Positions 39,716 through 51,100 of a DNA stretch of 64,000 nt are shown here, piece by piece. Both the position numbers and the translations under genes were made by a program. Positions within the stretch are counted from its first letter, which is position 1; every line of letters begins with the position of its first letter. The notes beneath the pieces are model-generated. The model saw only the letters and a list, made by a program, of their open reading frames with translations. It had not been told where the DNA came from and did not search any database. Source of the stretch: Lama guanicoe (lineage: Eukaryota); the NCBI GenBank assembly GCA_013239625.1, contig MU053758.1, forward strand, positions 1,178,001-1,242,000. The letters are read 5' to 3'.

Positions 39716-42700
39716 ATGGCTGCGACCGTGGCTGGGATGCTGCGAGGTGGTCTCCTGCCCCAGGCGGGTAAGGAGTGGCCCATATCTTCACGGCGCATTC
39801 CGGCCTGTGCTCTCTACTCGTCTCCCACCTCTACTACTGATCCCCTCCCGAGATCTCTGACCCCGGAAAGCTCCCGATAACCCCGACCCCAGCTAGATCA
39901 CCGGCCTCCTTTCCCCATCTAATTCCCTGGGACTCCAGAATCTAGTAATAATAGCAACACAGCGGAACCGTCAGCGACAACCACAGTATTTATTCTCTAG
40001 GCCGCAGTCCCTCTGCCTTGTTTGGGGTTTCTCTAACCCATCACCCAGCTCTTTCTGCCTCCAGAGATTCCTTTGGTTGGACCACGCCCCGCCTTGACCT
40101 CGGTGCTATGTTCCCTTCTTAAGGTCTCAGCCTAAATGGCATCTCAGGCCTTACTTGGCCACCTTCTGCAAAGCAGGTTTCCCCTATTAAGTCTGTGTCT
40201 CGCACTCTGTTTATTGACCCCTTTGCCTCATCACAATCTTGTAATTTTGCATTTGTTTACTTGTTTCCTCAATTAAACTCCATTAAGGCACAACCATGTT
40301 CATTCAGCATAGCCAGCAAGTGGCATGGTGCCTGACATGAGTAGGTATGCTGTAGATATGTGGGTTTTTGTTTTTGGTGGGGTTTTTTTTTGGAGTGAAA
40401 AGCCACATTAAGTTTATTTAATGAACTCTGGAAATTTCATGTTTCATATATATGTCACAGTTCCCCAATTACATTTTTTGTTCATATCTTTATTTATTTA
40501 AACTTTTTTTTATTGAGTTATAGTCATTTTACAATGTTGTGTCAAGTTCCAGTGTAGAGCACAATTTTTCAGTTATACATGAACATTCGTGTATTCATTG
40601 TCACATTTTTTTCGCTATAAGCTACCACAAGATCTTGTGTATATATTCCTGTGCTGTACAGTATTGTTTATCTGTTCTACATAAGACATGCTGTAGATAA
40701 GTGTTTAATGAATGATTTTGAATATGTAATATAGGCCAGACACAGTAACAGAGACATGTATTATTTCGTTTAAACCTTGAAAGCATTCTAAGAAGAGGGC
40801 ATTGTCTTCCCCTCCTTACAGGTGGAGAAATTCAAGTTTAGATCAGTTGAGTGACTGGTCAAGGTTATAGCTTGTGAGTGGCAGAAGAGAGATTAAAATC
40901 TGGATTCATGCATGTCAGTTATATCTCAATAAAACTAGAAAACACTTTGAAAAATGTGGTTCCATCCGATCTAAAGCTTTGTTCTTAAGAGTTAGGTTTT
41001 GTGGCCACTGGCAAAAAACCTCTCACCCCAACAAATCTCCATGGTCTCTGACCGAGAGAGCCACCTTCTGGCTGAACCTTTTCCTGAGATCCCATCCCAG
41101 TCTTGGGAAGGGCTGAAAGTGGGAAGCTCTAGTTTGGGTCCTTTTGTTGAGAATGAAGGGGTCACTTTGGCTTATGGCTTTCGAGTGGCTCCCTTGTCTT
41201 CTGAAAGGTGCTCTCCAGCAATGCCTGTAAACAAGAAGCATGGAGAGAGGGAGCTGTGAGGACAGTGTAACTTGTCCCTCTTCAAATCATGGGAGAAGGA
41301 GCAATGCCTAGAGTGGTGGTTCTCAGACTTTAGCTGGCATCGGCATCACCTGGAGGGCTTGTTTCACACTATTAAAAATTGACACAACATTGTAAACTGA
41401 CTATAACTCAATAAAATAAAATTTAAAAACACAAACAAACAAACAAACAAACACTATTAGTCGGCCTCCACTCATATTGGCTTGAGGGTGATGGTGGTAC
41501 ACACTTTGAAAACTACTGGTTCAAACCAGGGGTTGGCAAATTATGGCAGGGCTGGTCACCATCTTTGATACATACAGTTGTACTGGAACATAGCCACGTC
41601 TGTTTATTTACATATTGTCTGTGGCTGCTTCCATGATATGATGGCAGAGTTGAGTAGTAATGACAGACCATATGGCTCTTAAACTTAACATTTTTACTGT
41701 TTGGTCACTTAAGAAAAAGTTTGCTCAACTCTCTCCCTCCTTTTAAAAATGTATTCAAAATACTTTCTCCTTTGTTGTTCTCATTTTTCCCTCATCTCTG
41801 CATAAAAAAGTGCTGGAGAAATGGGAGCCTCCAAGGATCAAGCAACTGAGCTAAGGTTACCCATGAAAGAGAAGAGAAGATTGGGGAATTCAGGATTTCT
41901 AGCAGACAAATTCCTTGTCCCACTCAGTGCTGAGGCTAGCTCTGGGCTGTGGTTGTCTCTGCCCAGAGGATGGGAATTTTCCCTTTCCAGGGCACACTAA
42001 GGTCTCCAAGAGACTGCATCTCACCATATTGTCGTTTCTCCTCCCAGGCCGGCTGCCCACCCTCCAGACTGTCCGCTGTGGCTCCAAGGCCGTTACCCGC
42101 CACCATCGTGTGATGCACTTTGAACGGCAGAAGCTGATGGCTGTGACTGAATATATCCCCCCAAAACCTGCTGTCAACCCAAGATGCCTGCCACCCCCTC
42201 CCAGCCCCCCAAAGGAGGTAAGGAGGAGACTGGGCATGTCACCTAGTGGTGGGCTGGTGGATTAAAGTAAGCTTGTCCTTTGGCCATAATGAAGTAGCTC
42301 TCTAGGACATCGTCATCCACATGATTACTTTCCCACTTTGACTCTATAGTCCAGATACTTTAACATGAGATCTGCACCTGATTTTGCATTAGCCTTTTGA
42401 ACTCTGGATTGGATGGGCCTCCTGGATTTTCTTCATTCTTGTCTCCAAAAATGTATGTGTGAAAACTATCCCTTCAGGTAGGGGTAGGGAAGACCTTTGC
42501 TCCTGTCTTGAAGTTTCCATGTTTTCTTAGAGGAACAATACTAGGTTTTTTGTCCTTGAAAAAGAACAGAAAGACCAGTGGAGAAATGGTAACTTTATGG
42601 TGGTTCTCAGGTCCACAAGTTCTCAACTTCAGGAAATAGCATTGAAGTCTTATTCTGTGACATTGCCACAGTTTTGAATTAACACTGCAAAAGAATAATC

Positions 42701-44222
42701 TTGTATTTATGATTGGTAAAATAATTCAACATGAGTACAGTGTCAGAGGAATAATTAAAGTAATTTTGTGAACATTATTGTCAAAAAAACGTTCACTGGG
42801 TCAGACTTATGCCCTGTTCAGGGGCACTGAGTGTTCTCAGGTTTGAAAACCACTGCTCTAAAGACTGCTATTAGCTAATGGAAATGAAAGCACAGAGTGG
42901 GAGACAGAACATGTCTCTGAGAGTCAGGGGTCCAACTATCCTGCCTGTACATGGATCTAGCCCACATTTGGGCATCACTGGAAGCTCCAGCACCCACCCC
43001 TGAGGGAGCTGGATGCGAGGAGAAGAGGCAGCTTATATCCCCTTGATCATCCCTTCCTGACTTCAGGAGACGGGCCTTGTCCGGCTCCTCCGTCGGGAGA
43101 TAGCAGCAGTTTTCCAAGACAACCGAATGATAGCTGTCTGCCAGAATGTGGCTCTGAGTGCAGAGGACAAGCTTCTCATACGGCACCAGCTGCGGAAACA
43201 CAGGATCTTGATGAAGATCTTCCCCAACCAGGTAGGGAGCAGCCTACCTGGGTTGCCCGTATTTCCCTATCCCCGCCCACTCAGACACCAGCATCTCCAT
43301 AGATATCACACTCCTGACTCCTCCCCTCCACGGCAACCCTCTAGTCCGGTGCCTAAACTGCAGTTAAGGGCTGAGGAGACCCTTGGGTTGCGCTGTCAGC
43401 CTGTTGTGGCCCGTGACCAAGGTGGGCGGCTCTTCCTCCCATTTATCTCCAATAAGCCCTTCTTTCCTGCCATTCCAGATCCTGAAGCCCTTCCTGGAAG
43501 ATTCCAAGTACCAAAACCTGCTGCCCCTTTTTGTGGGGCACAACTTGCTGCTGGTCAGTGAGGAGCCCAAGGTTAAGGAGATGGTGCGAATCTTGAAGGG
43601 TGTGCCTCTCCTGCCACTGCTAGGTGAGCAGGCACCCCTGCCGGCTGGGGGTGAGGATGAAGACAAGTGGGCAGGAATCTGTGTTTACAATATCTTCCCC
43701 ACTAACACACGTATACTCCAGGATTCTTCAAGAGTTTAGGAAACAGTGACTTAGTGGGAGTTGGGCCAGACTTATTATGTAAGGGAAGGAGGGGAGGGGA
43801 TTGATCCCAAACAGTGGGAGTGGGGCGGGGCACAAGTGGGAATCAGATTTGGCAGAAGGCCGGGAGGTGGAGCATGGCAGTGGAGAGCAAATGCCTAGGG
43901 TTGAACCATTGTTTTCGGAGAAGAAAAGCATTTGTGGGACCCTAGCTGATGCCGTGTTCTTCCAGGTGGCTGCATTGATGACACCATCCTCAGCAGGCAG
44001 GGCTTCATCAACTACTCCAAGCTTCCCAGCCTGGCCGTGGCACAGGGGGAGCTGGTAGGAGGACTCACCCTCCTCGCGGCCCAGACCCACTCCCTGCTTC
44101 AGCACCAGCCCCTCCAGCTGACTGCCCTGCTGGATCAGTACATCAGACAGCAGCACAAGGGGGACTCCATCGGGCCAGCCAGTGAGCAGCCGGATCCTCC
44201 TGACCCAGTTCCAGACTCATAG
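39716..44222 (+). CDS. MRPL10: Mitochondrial ribosomal protein L10 (uL10m), 262 aa, 5 exons
   Basis: Exons 39716-39767, 42048-42217, 43067-43231, 43479-43623, 43966-44222; 789 nt, consistent phases. Presequence-like N-terminus [27 protein letters not shown], then [21 protein letters not shown]. Confidence 0.96.
40363..40687 (-). mobile_element. 5'-truncated LINE-1 with a candidate 3'-transduced segment
   Basis: L1 3'UTR at about 40505-40680, extra sequence 40392-40500, second tail 40365-40391. TSD ATGCTGTAGATA(T/A)GTG at 40347-40362 and 40688-40703. Confidence 0.75.
41311..41519. mobile_element. MER5A-like MITE interrupted by a tiny L1 tail (41375-41450, +)
   Basis: GTGGTTCTCAGACTTTAG...CATCACCTGGAGGGCTTGTT ... 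ACACTTTGAAAACTACTG. Insert AATTGACACAACATTGTAAACTGACTATAACTCAATAAAA plus (CAAA)n, flanked by TSD ACACTATTA at 41366-41374 and 41451-41459. Confidence 0.75.
41527..41732. mobile_element. MER58A-like hAT-Charlie MITE
   Basis: CAGGGGTTGGCAAATTATGG...TTTACATATTGTCTGTGGCTGCTT...GGCAGAGTTGAGTAGT...AAAAAGTTTGCTCAACTCT; degenerate terminal inverted repeats. Confidence 0.75.
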
Positions 44223-46539
44223 CCAGCCTCTTATACCCAGCCTACCCATAAATATACCCTGCCCCTATTGTCTGTGCAGTCTTCTGTCAGAGATGTGGGA
44301 GAACTTGGGGTGGGGAGTGGCATTTGTTACCTGGCTTTCATTGACAGTGACTTCTTGGCTACCCAGAGATGCAGAGGGAGTCCATTTCAGAATGGAGGCT
44401 CGTAATCACTATCTCTGTCCCTAGTCTGGGACCCGATAGGAGCAATCTTTCCGCTCTCCAAGTCCAAAGCAGAGAAGCTGAACAGAGGAGGATATTGCCC
44501 TCAGCCTCTATTGTCCATTGTCTCTTGCGGCACGTGCCTCCCAGCCTGTCCCTTCATGGCTCCAAAGTGCCAGCATAGCTCAACTGAGAAATTGTGCTGA
44601 GAATGGCATCTGCTCAGAGCCTACTGTGCCAGGCCCTGTGCTGACCACTTTACATGCACTAGTTCCTTTATTTCTTACATGTTATCCCCATTTCACAGAG
44701 AGGAAGACCAAGGGGAGGAGGAGTTAAATACCTTGCCCAAGGTCATGCTGTTAGTAGGGGGCAGCATGGGAATTGAACTAGCTCTCTGTGCTCTGAAGAC
44801 ACTGCCCTGGATTTCTACACTAGAACTTTCTCATTAGAGTCCCAGGCGTGCTTGGATGTTAATTCTCTGCCTTCAGGGTGTGCCGTGTTGTGGAAAGTTT
44901 GGGAGCCTTGCTTTATGATAAAATGAAAAGCATTTTACTTTACTGTGTTTTGCTGTTTACAAGCCTATCTTCCCTATAGACGTATTCTCAGGGTCATCTC
45001 TGACTCACTTCTCTTCCTAGAAAATCCTTCCTCTTCCCATGTCCAAGCCAGTTACTTCCCTGTGCCCATGCCCGCAAACGGCTTTTCTTACGTGCTTGTC
45101 CTTTTGAAGGCAGCTGCCCACTTTGCCCAGTAGCTAGCATGTCTCAGGTGGTTCTGAACAAAAGAGCTGAAGGAAAGCCAGGACTCTGTGTATTAATGGT
45201 CTGGTGGCTCTGGAGTAGGAGGCCTCGTCCACGTCACGGGGAACCGCAAGTGCCTAATGAAGGAGAGAGGACATTTGACAAGGAGCCTGCCCTTCTCCTT
45301 GATAGGCACGGTTCTGGGTGAACACTGCGGTGATGTGGGGAGGGTGGCTGTTGAGCATTCTCTAGGACCTGGAGCCGTGCCACAGCTCCCTTAGTCCCGG
45401 GCGGACACTGCCCTGGCAATGATGTTCTGCGGCAGCTTTTCCTTCCCTAGTCCAGGACCTATTTCCCACAGTGCTCAATCGATATGATGTGAATTAGAAA
45501 ACCCTTGAGGCTCCTGGATACCAGAGCTGGCCTGCCTGCCCAGTGCTTTCCAGTGCCCTCCCTGAGTCCCAGAAACCTGCCAGGTGGTGCTGACAACACC
45601 TCCCTAGGGTGACAGGAACAGTGCTGATGTTCCGAATGGAACAGTGAGCGGGCATCGCCTGAGAGATGTGTAAGACCCTGAAGGGTAAACCAAGGCTTCT
45701 GTGGGGACGGCTGGGTGGGGGAAATGGCTTATGTTATTTTGGGAATTAAAAGAAGAACCTTGCATTGCATCCTTCACCTTGTGGTACCTGAGGCCCCACT
45801 ATTAAAAACCCTTTCCAGAAAGCAGCTGCACTCCAGTTACAGCTGTCAGTCCATTTCATATTCATTTGAATGAATTCTACAGCTTTCTCAAAAGCTAGTT
45901 TCTAACTAGAACTGAGCAGCCAGACACAGTATTCCAGTGGAAGGGCAAAGGTACTCAGAAAGGGAGGCCATGGGTGCCGAAGTTGGCTCCACCTTGCCCT
46001 TTAAGAGCCAACTGGTTGTTGCTCCAAACCCAGTCCTGGTCCAGAGACTCTGCAGGCTCCAGGCTCTGGGGTAGGATTTGTCTTACCACATTGGTGCTTC
46101 CAGCACCCCTTTGGGTCCTGACCTGGTGGGGCATCACCCACAATGACGGTCTCAATGTGGGGGCCACTGGCTGGCCCTCTCGAGCCTTGACTGCCCTGCT
46201 GACTGTGCCCTTGGCACTGTCTTTCATGGTCCCACAGGGGCATCCCTCGCTTCCCGTCAACCTGATAGCTTTGCTGGCTCCAAATTTTGCAATCTATTTT
46301 CAGATGTAAAATGAGAGAGGCGGGGGGGTTAATAAGGAAATGGCCTTGAGTACTAACTGTGGTCAAGGCCGTGCTAGTCTGGGTAAACCCTTTACCACCA
46401 CTGGCTTGAGGCCAACAGCTCCCCAGTTCTCTGTGATCTATCTGGAACTGTGCCCAAGTGGGAACTCTGCCCCCAGCCCCAAGCCTCTGGGGTGTTGGGG
46501 AGTCGGCTCAGCCCTGAGTCCTCCAGGGAGCAGGGGGGC

Positions 46540-46762
46540 AGAGCTGAGCGGCTGCCCGGAGCTTGGCGGGAGGAGGGGCCGGGGGAGGTGGAGGTGGGGA
46601 GATCCGGCTAGAGGGGAGGCTCCGACGTCTCCTTCCTTCCTGGTTCCTGCAGCAGCTGCTGCCACTACTCAGCTCTGAGCAGGGAGCGGGCGGCTCAGAG
46701 ACGGTGACTCAGAGGCAGAGCGGCGCGCGGACCAAGGAGCACTGGCGTCCATGGACCCTGGG
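46540..46762 (+). promoter_or_regulatory. OSBPL7: OSBPL7 GC-rich promoter and exon 1
   Basis: GC/CpG-rich segment ending in donor GGG|gtaagg at 46762/46763. Confidence 0.7.
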
Positions 46763-48102
46763 GTAAGGGGGCCATGCTGGCATCAGCTGACATTCCCAGA
46801 GAGGGCTTCCCCACCTGAAGCTGGCGAGTCTGCTCCTCCGGAGATGAGGGTGGGAATGGAGGTGGAAAGGGGGCACCCACCTGGCTCACATCAACCTGCA
46901 CCCTCTACTAACAGAGCTTCCCCTTCCACCCGCAAGCAGTGAGGGGCCAAGATCCCGCAGGGCCAGGAAAAGGGCACAGAGATACCCAAACACCGGAAGA
47001 GTTTGGGAACTTCCAATGGCTGAATGCAGGAGTTTCCCCCCGGGTCAGCCTCAGGCAGCATGGACCCCTCTGCCCAACCTCCTGGCCACCCGTGCCCCAC
47101 CGCATCCCTGTCCCCTGCTGGCCTCAGCTCCTCAGGTGCCAACCTTGCCCCTCCAGGCCCCTCCCCCGTCTCACACACACAGCCTCATGCATTATTGATC
47201 TCCCCGCGGAGCCAGGATGGCCAGGGCTTGTGCCAAGGGCGCCAGTGGGCACTGCTGCGGGACCTGTGCGGACCTTATCATGTGTCTCCATTGGCCTGTC
47301 CCCTGCTCTCTCTGGGTGGGTGGCACTTCTCAGGATCCCCAAGGACTGAGAAGGAAGAAAGGAGGCTTTGCAGGAGACTGAGAATCCAAGGTGGTCATCC
47401 TAAGGGGATGATTGACGGGAGGAGGCACAGGGGAAACTGGGGGCTGTCTCGGGCCTCAGCTATCCCATGCAGAAAATGGGAGCCCAAGAACTAGAGGGTA
47501 TGATGGGGAGTTGGGGTCAAGTGGTTGGGGGATTCTGTAACGGGATAATGGTAGAGGAGTTCCCAACCCATGGTGGTGGCGTTAGAGATCCTGAAGGAAG
47601 AGGAACTGGATCGAGATCTTGCTTGTCTAGTCTCTGAATCCCTCTGTCCTTTTTTGGATCCTCTTCCTTCACTCCCCTGCCTCACCTCTGATCACCCCCA
47701 GGGAATCCTCCAGGGAAAACACCAAGTGTTTCCTGGAGCTGGAGAATGTGTGCTTAAGGTGGGGCTAGGAGGACTTTCTGAGGTTTTCTCTTGGCACCAG
47801 CCTGCCAGCTGTGCGCTAGTTCACCTCTTGGGGCAGTGACCACAGTGGGAGGGTGTGGGCAGGGAGACCTGCCCAGAGCGGGGCAGGGACAGGCTCTGGA
47901 GAGGCGTGACAGGTAAGCGGAAGATGTGCTGGTGGGCTTTCAACTCAGAGGGTGCAGAAGGGTTTGGAGGTGGGCAAGGTGATAGCTAGGTCTGTGCTAA
48001 TGGGGTCTTTCTGTGCTTCAAGGGCCCTCTTAGGACAAGGTGACGTCCTTCCCCTTCCACTCTGCTCTCCATCCTCAGCAGGGAGTGGCCACTCCCCTCT
48101 CC

Positions 48103-51100
48103 ATGGACTTCCAAGAGTGGGACCCTCCCTCCTTGGCAGAGAGCACTCAGTCTGCAAAGCCCAGCAGTGCCCAGCAGGTCTGAGAATGGGGAAGCAGGAG
48201 GGGCCAGCTCGGCTCACAGGGGAGGGAGAGATGTGGTCGCCTCACTGGTTGCTCCCCCACTCTGTCCTGGACTGCAGGCCTCCGAGCTGTGGGAGGTGGT
48301 GGAGGAGCCTCGGGGCCGGCTGGGGGCAGAGGGTATCATGCCGGAGAGGCAGGAAGGCCACCTGCTCAAGAAGAGGAAGTGGCCTCTGAAGGGCTGGCAC
48401 AAGGTAGGGCGGGCAGGGCAAAGGGAGGGGCCGGGTGCGGGGGCAGGACTGGGACCTGCGGGCAGTACAGGGTGTCTTTGTGTCAAGAAAAAAATGTCCA
48501 TGTGGTTGCTCTCTCCTCACACTCTTTCCTCTCGGTCTCCTGGGTCCCGTTCCTTCATGGCAACATCACAGAGATACTTTGTACTCGAGGATGGGATCCT
48601 TCGCTATGCCACGACTCGGCAAGATGTGAGTCAGGGCCTCGGCTGAAGGGGTGGGCGGGATCTGGCACCAGAGTGCCCTGGGCAGGCAGGGGGCTTCTGG
48701 AATCCTCCAGAGCAAGATTTGAATCCCAAGTACACCATTTGCTGGATATGGGGTCTTGGGCAGGTTACTTCCCTGGGCCTCACCTCTTCATCTCTAAGGT
48801 GGAAAGAGGGCGGTCACCCATTTGTAGTCTTCATCTTGGTGAGCACTGTCGGGACAGTGCCTGGCACAAATAAGTGCCCAAGAGATGAGGGCTTTATCAT
48901 TCTCATCCTTGTCCCGTGCTCATGAAGGAACACAGAACTAAAGGCCTAGACAACCAGGCTCTCTCCAAGAAAGTTTTTCCTTCCTCAGCCTTGCAGATTC
49001 CTGAGGATGGGAAAAGTTTTCCTCACTCCATGACTCCCTAAGAGCTCAGATTGTGACTTGACATAGTGGGCCATCCTGTGCCCAGGAGGATGGCTGACAT
49101 GTCCCTGCTGATACTGTGACTTGGGCATGAGGGTGAACTTGCTGCCTGGCCCATGAGCCTAGAGTGGTCTCAGGAAGATGGTGGCGCTGGTGGCCTAAAA
49201 GCAGTCTTCCTTAGCCCTCCAACCCCTCCACCCCAGATCACCAAGGGGAAGCTCCATGGCTCCATTGATGTCCGACTGTCGGTCATGTCCATCAACAAAA
49301 AGGCCCAGCGCATTGACCTTGACACTGAAGACAACATCTACCACCTGAAGGTGACATCCCTGGGAACCAGGTGGTGGTTTGGCCTCCAGCCTGGCAGAGA
49401 CACTGGGACACACAGGAGAGAGGCGCAGGGGCCAAGGGTCTGTCTGAGTTTGACCAAAAGGGCGTTCCCAACATATACAACAGCCAATGACGAACTGGCC
49501 CTGTTGGTTGGTATGGCACAGGGCCAAGGGCTCAGACACTTGGGGAAGCTGTTCCTGCCTCACAGCAAGGGGCTTTTGCACAGGCTGGGTGCTGTAAGGA
49601 GAGACCCTGCTTGCCTGGGGACCAGAACCTTGACTTCTTGCCCCTAGAAAGCAGTCCTTCCCTTCATGCGTCCCTCTCCTTCTCTGTCACTTCTGTAGAT
49701 CAAATCCCAGGACCTGTTCCAGAGCTGGGTGGCCCAGCTGCGTGCCCACCGCCTGGCCCAGCACGTGGACGTGCCCCGAGGCCTGCTGCCCAGCACCACT
49801 CACCGGAAGGTAATATGGGCCCTGAGGCAAGGGACAGGTGACGTGGGGATTCAGAATTTGGGAAGGCGGGTCCCATCCTTTCTGACCCTTGACTCACCCC
49901 ACAGGTTCCCGGTGCTCAGCCTCCAACAGCGGGTGGTGCCTCGGCTCTGCCAGGGGTTGGACCTCGGGAGAAGGTGTCTTCCTGGCTGAGGGACAGTGAT
50001 GGGCTAGACCGTTGCTCTCATGGTGAGGGGCCCCTGGCACCGTGACTCTGTGGGGAGGGCCCATGCTGTTGTGTCTGGGTGGCACCAGCAGTCACAAGGA
50101 GGAGAAAATGTTACCTCCATCCCTGCCTCAGGGAGCCCCCGTCTGATGGGGAGACAGCTTCTGCCTTTACACTGATCAGGTCTACACAGGCCTGCCCTGG
50201 GGAGCCTCAGGCTTACAGAGGATGACAGGGTTCATGCCGTAGGCACATGGACTGACCCAGACACAGGGCCAGGGCTCACATCCGGAATACCAACACAGGA
50301 GGGGTCCTGAGCAGTGGCTCCAGGGTGGGGAGTGTGCTCTGGGACCAGGTTCCTGGAGTTGAGCTGTGATGTTGTCCTGGGAGAGGGAAGTGCCAACCAA
50401 GTGGAAAGAGCAAAGTGAGGGCCCCCAGCCTGTGTGGAGGCAGCAGAGGTAAGGTGTGGTCTGGAGACAGAGAGCTGATGGGGCACCTACCTTCCTCTGA
50501 GGCCAGACCAGAGGGTAGGAGCTGCAAACCGCTTTAGGCTCGTGAGTAGGGGGTGTGGAAGCGGTGTCGGCACCTCCGTGGCTGTGGGGTGCAGTGCCTG
50601 GAAGACGAAAGGAAGCTGAGGGGCAGACTGGGGCACCCGGCCAGTGCAGGGAGAGGGACTTCCTCATTCATTCTTTCCGCAGAGCTCTCTGAGTGTCAGG
50701 GGAAGCTCCAGGAATTACACAGACTCCTCCAGAGCCTGGAGTCCCTGCACCGGATCCCTTCAGCTCCCGTTATCCCCACACACCAGGTGAGATCCAGGGA
50801 GGAGGCAGGGTCCTGCCTGGGGCGCTCTCTCCTCTTGCCACCTTCATCTCCATCGCTTCCCTGGACAGGTACCCTGTCCCCCTTACAAGCTGCAGTTTCC
50901 TGAGGAGCCACCGTCTCCTAGTTGCCCCTCCCCACCTTGTCCACAGTGCCTCAGGGTTGTCTCTCTGCCCCTTTGGAGCGACCCCTTCCTCTTGTGCCCA
51001 TGCACCTGCCAGGCTGTCGGTCCTTTGCCTCCGGGATGTCTGTGTCTCTGCGTCCTCCTCCATGGCCATCTGCCTCTCTCCTGGCTTTGGTGTTTTTCCT

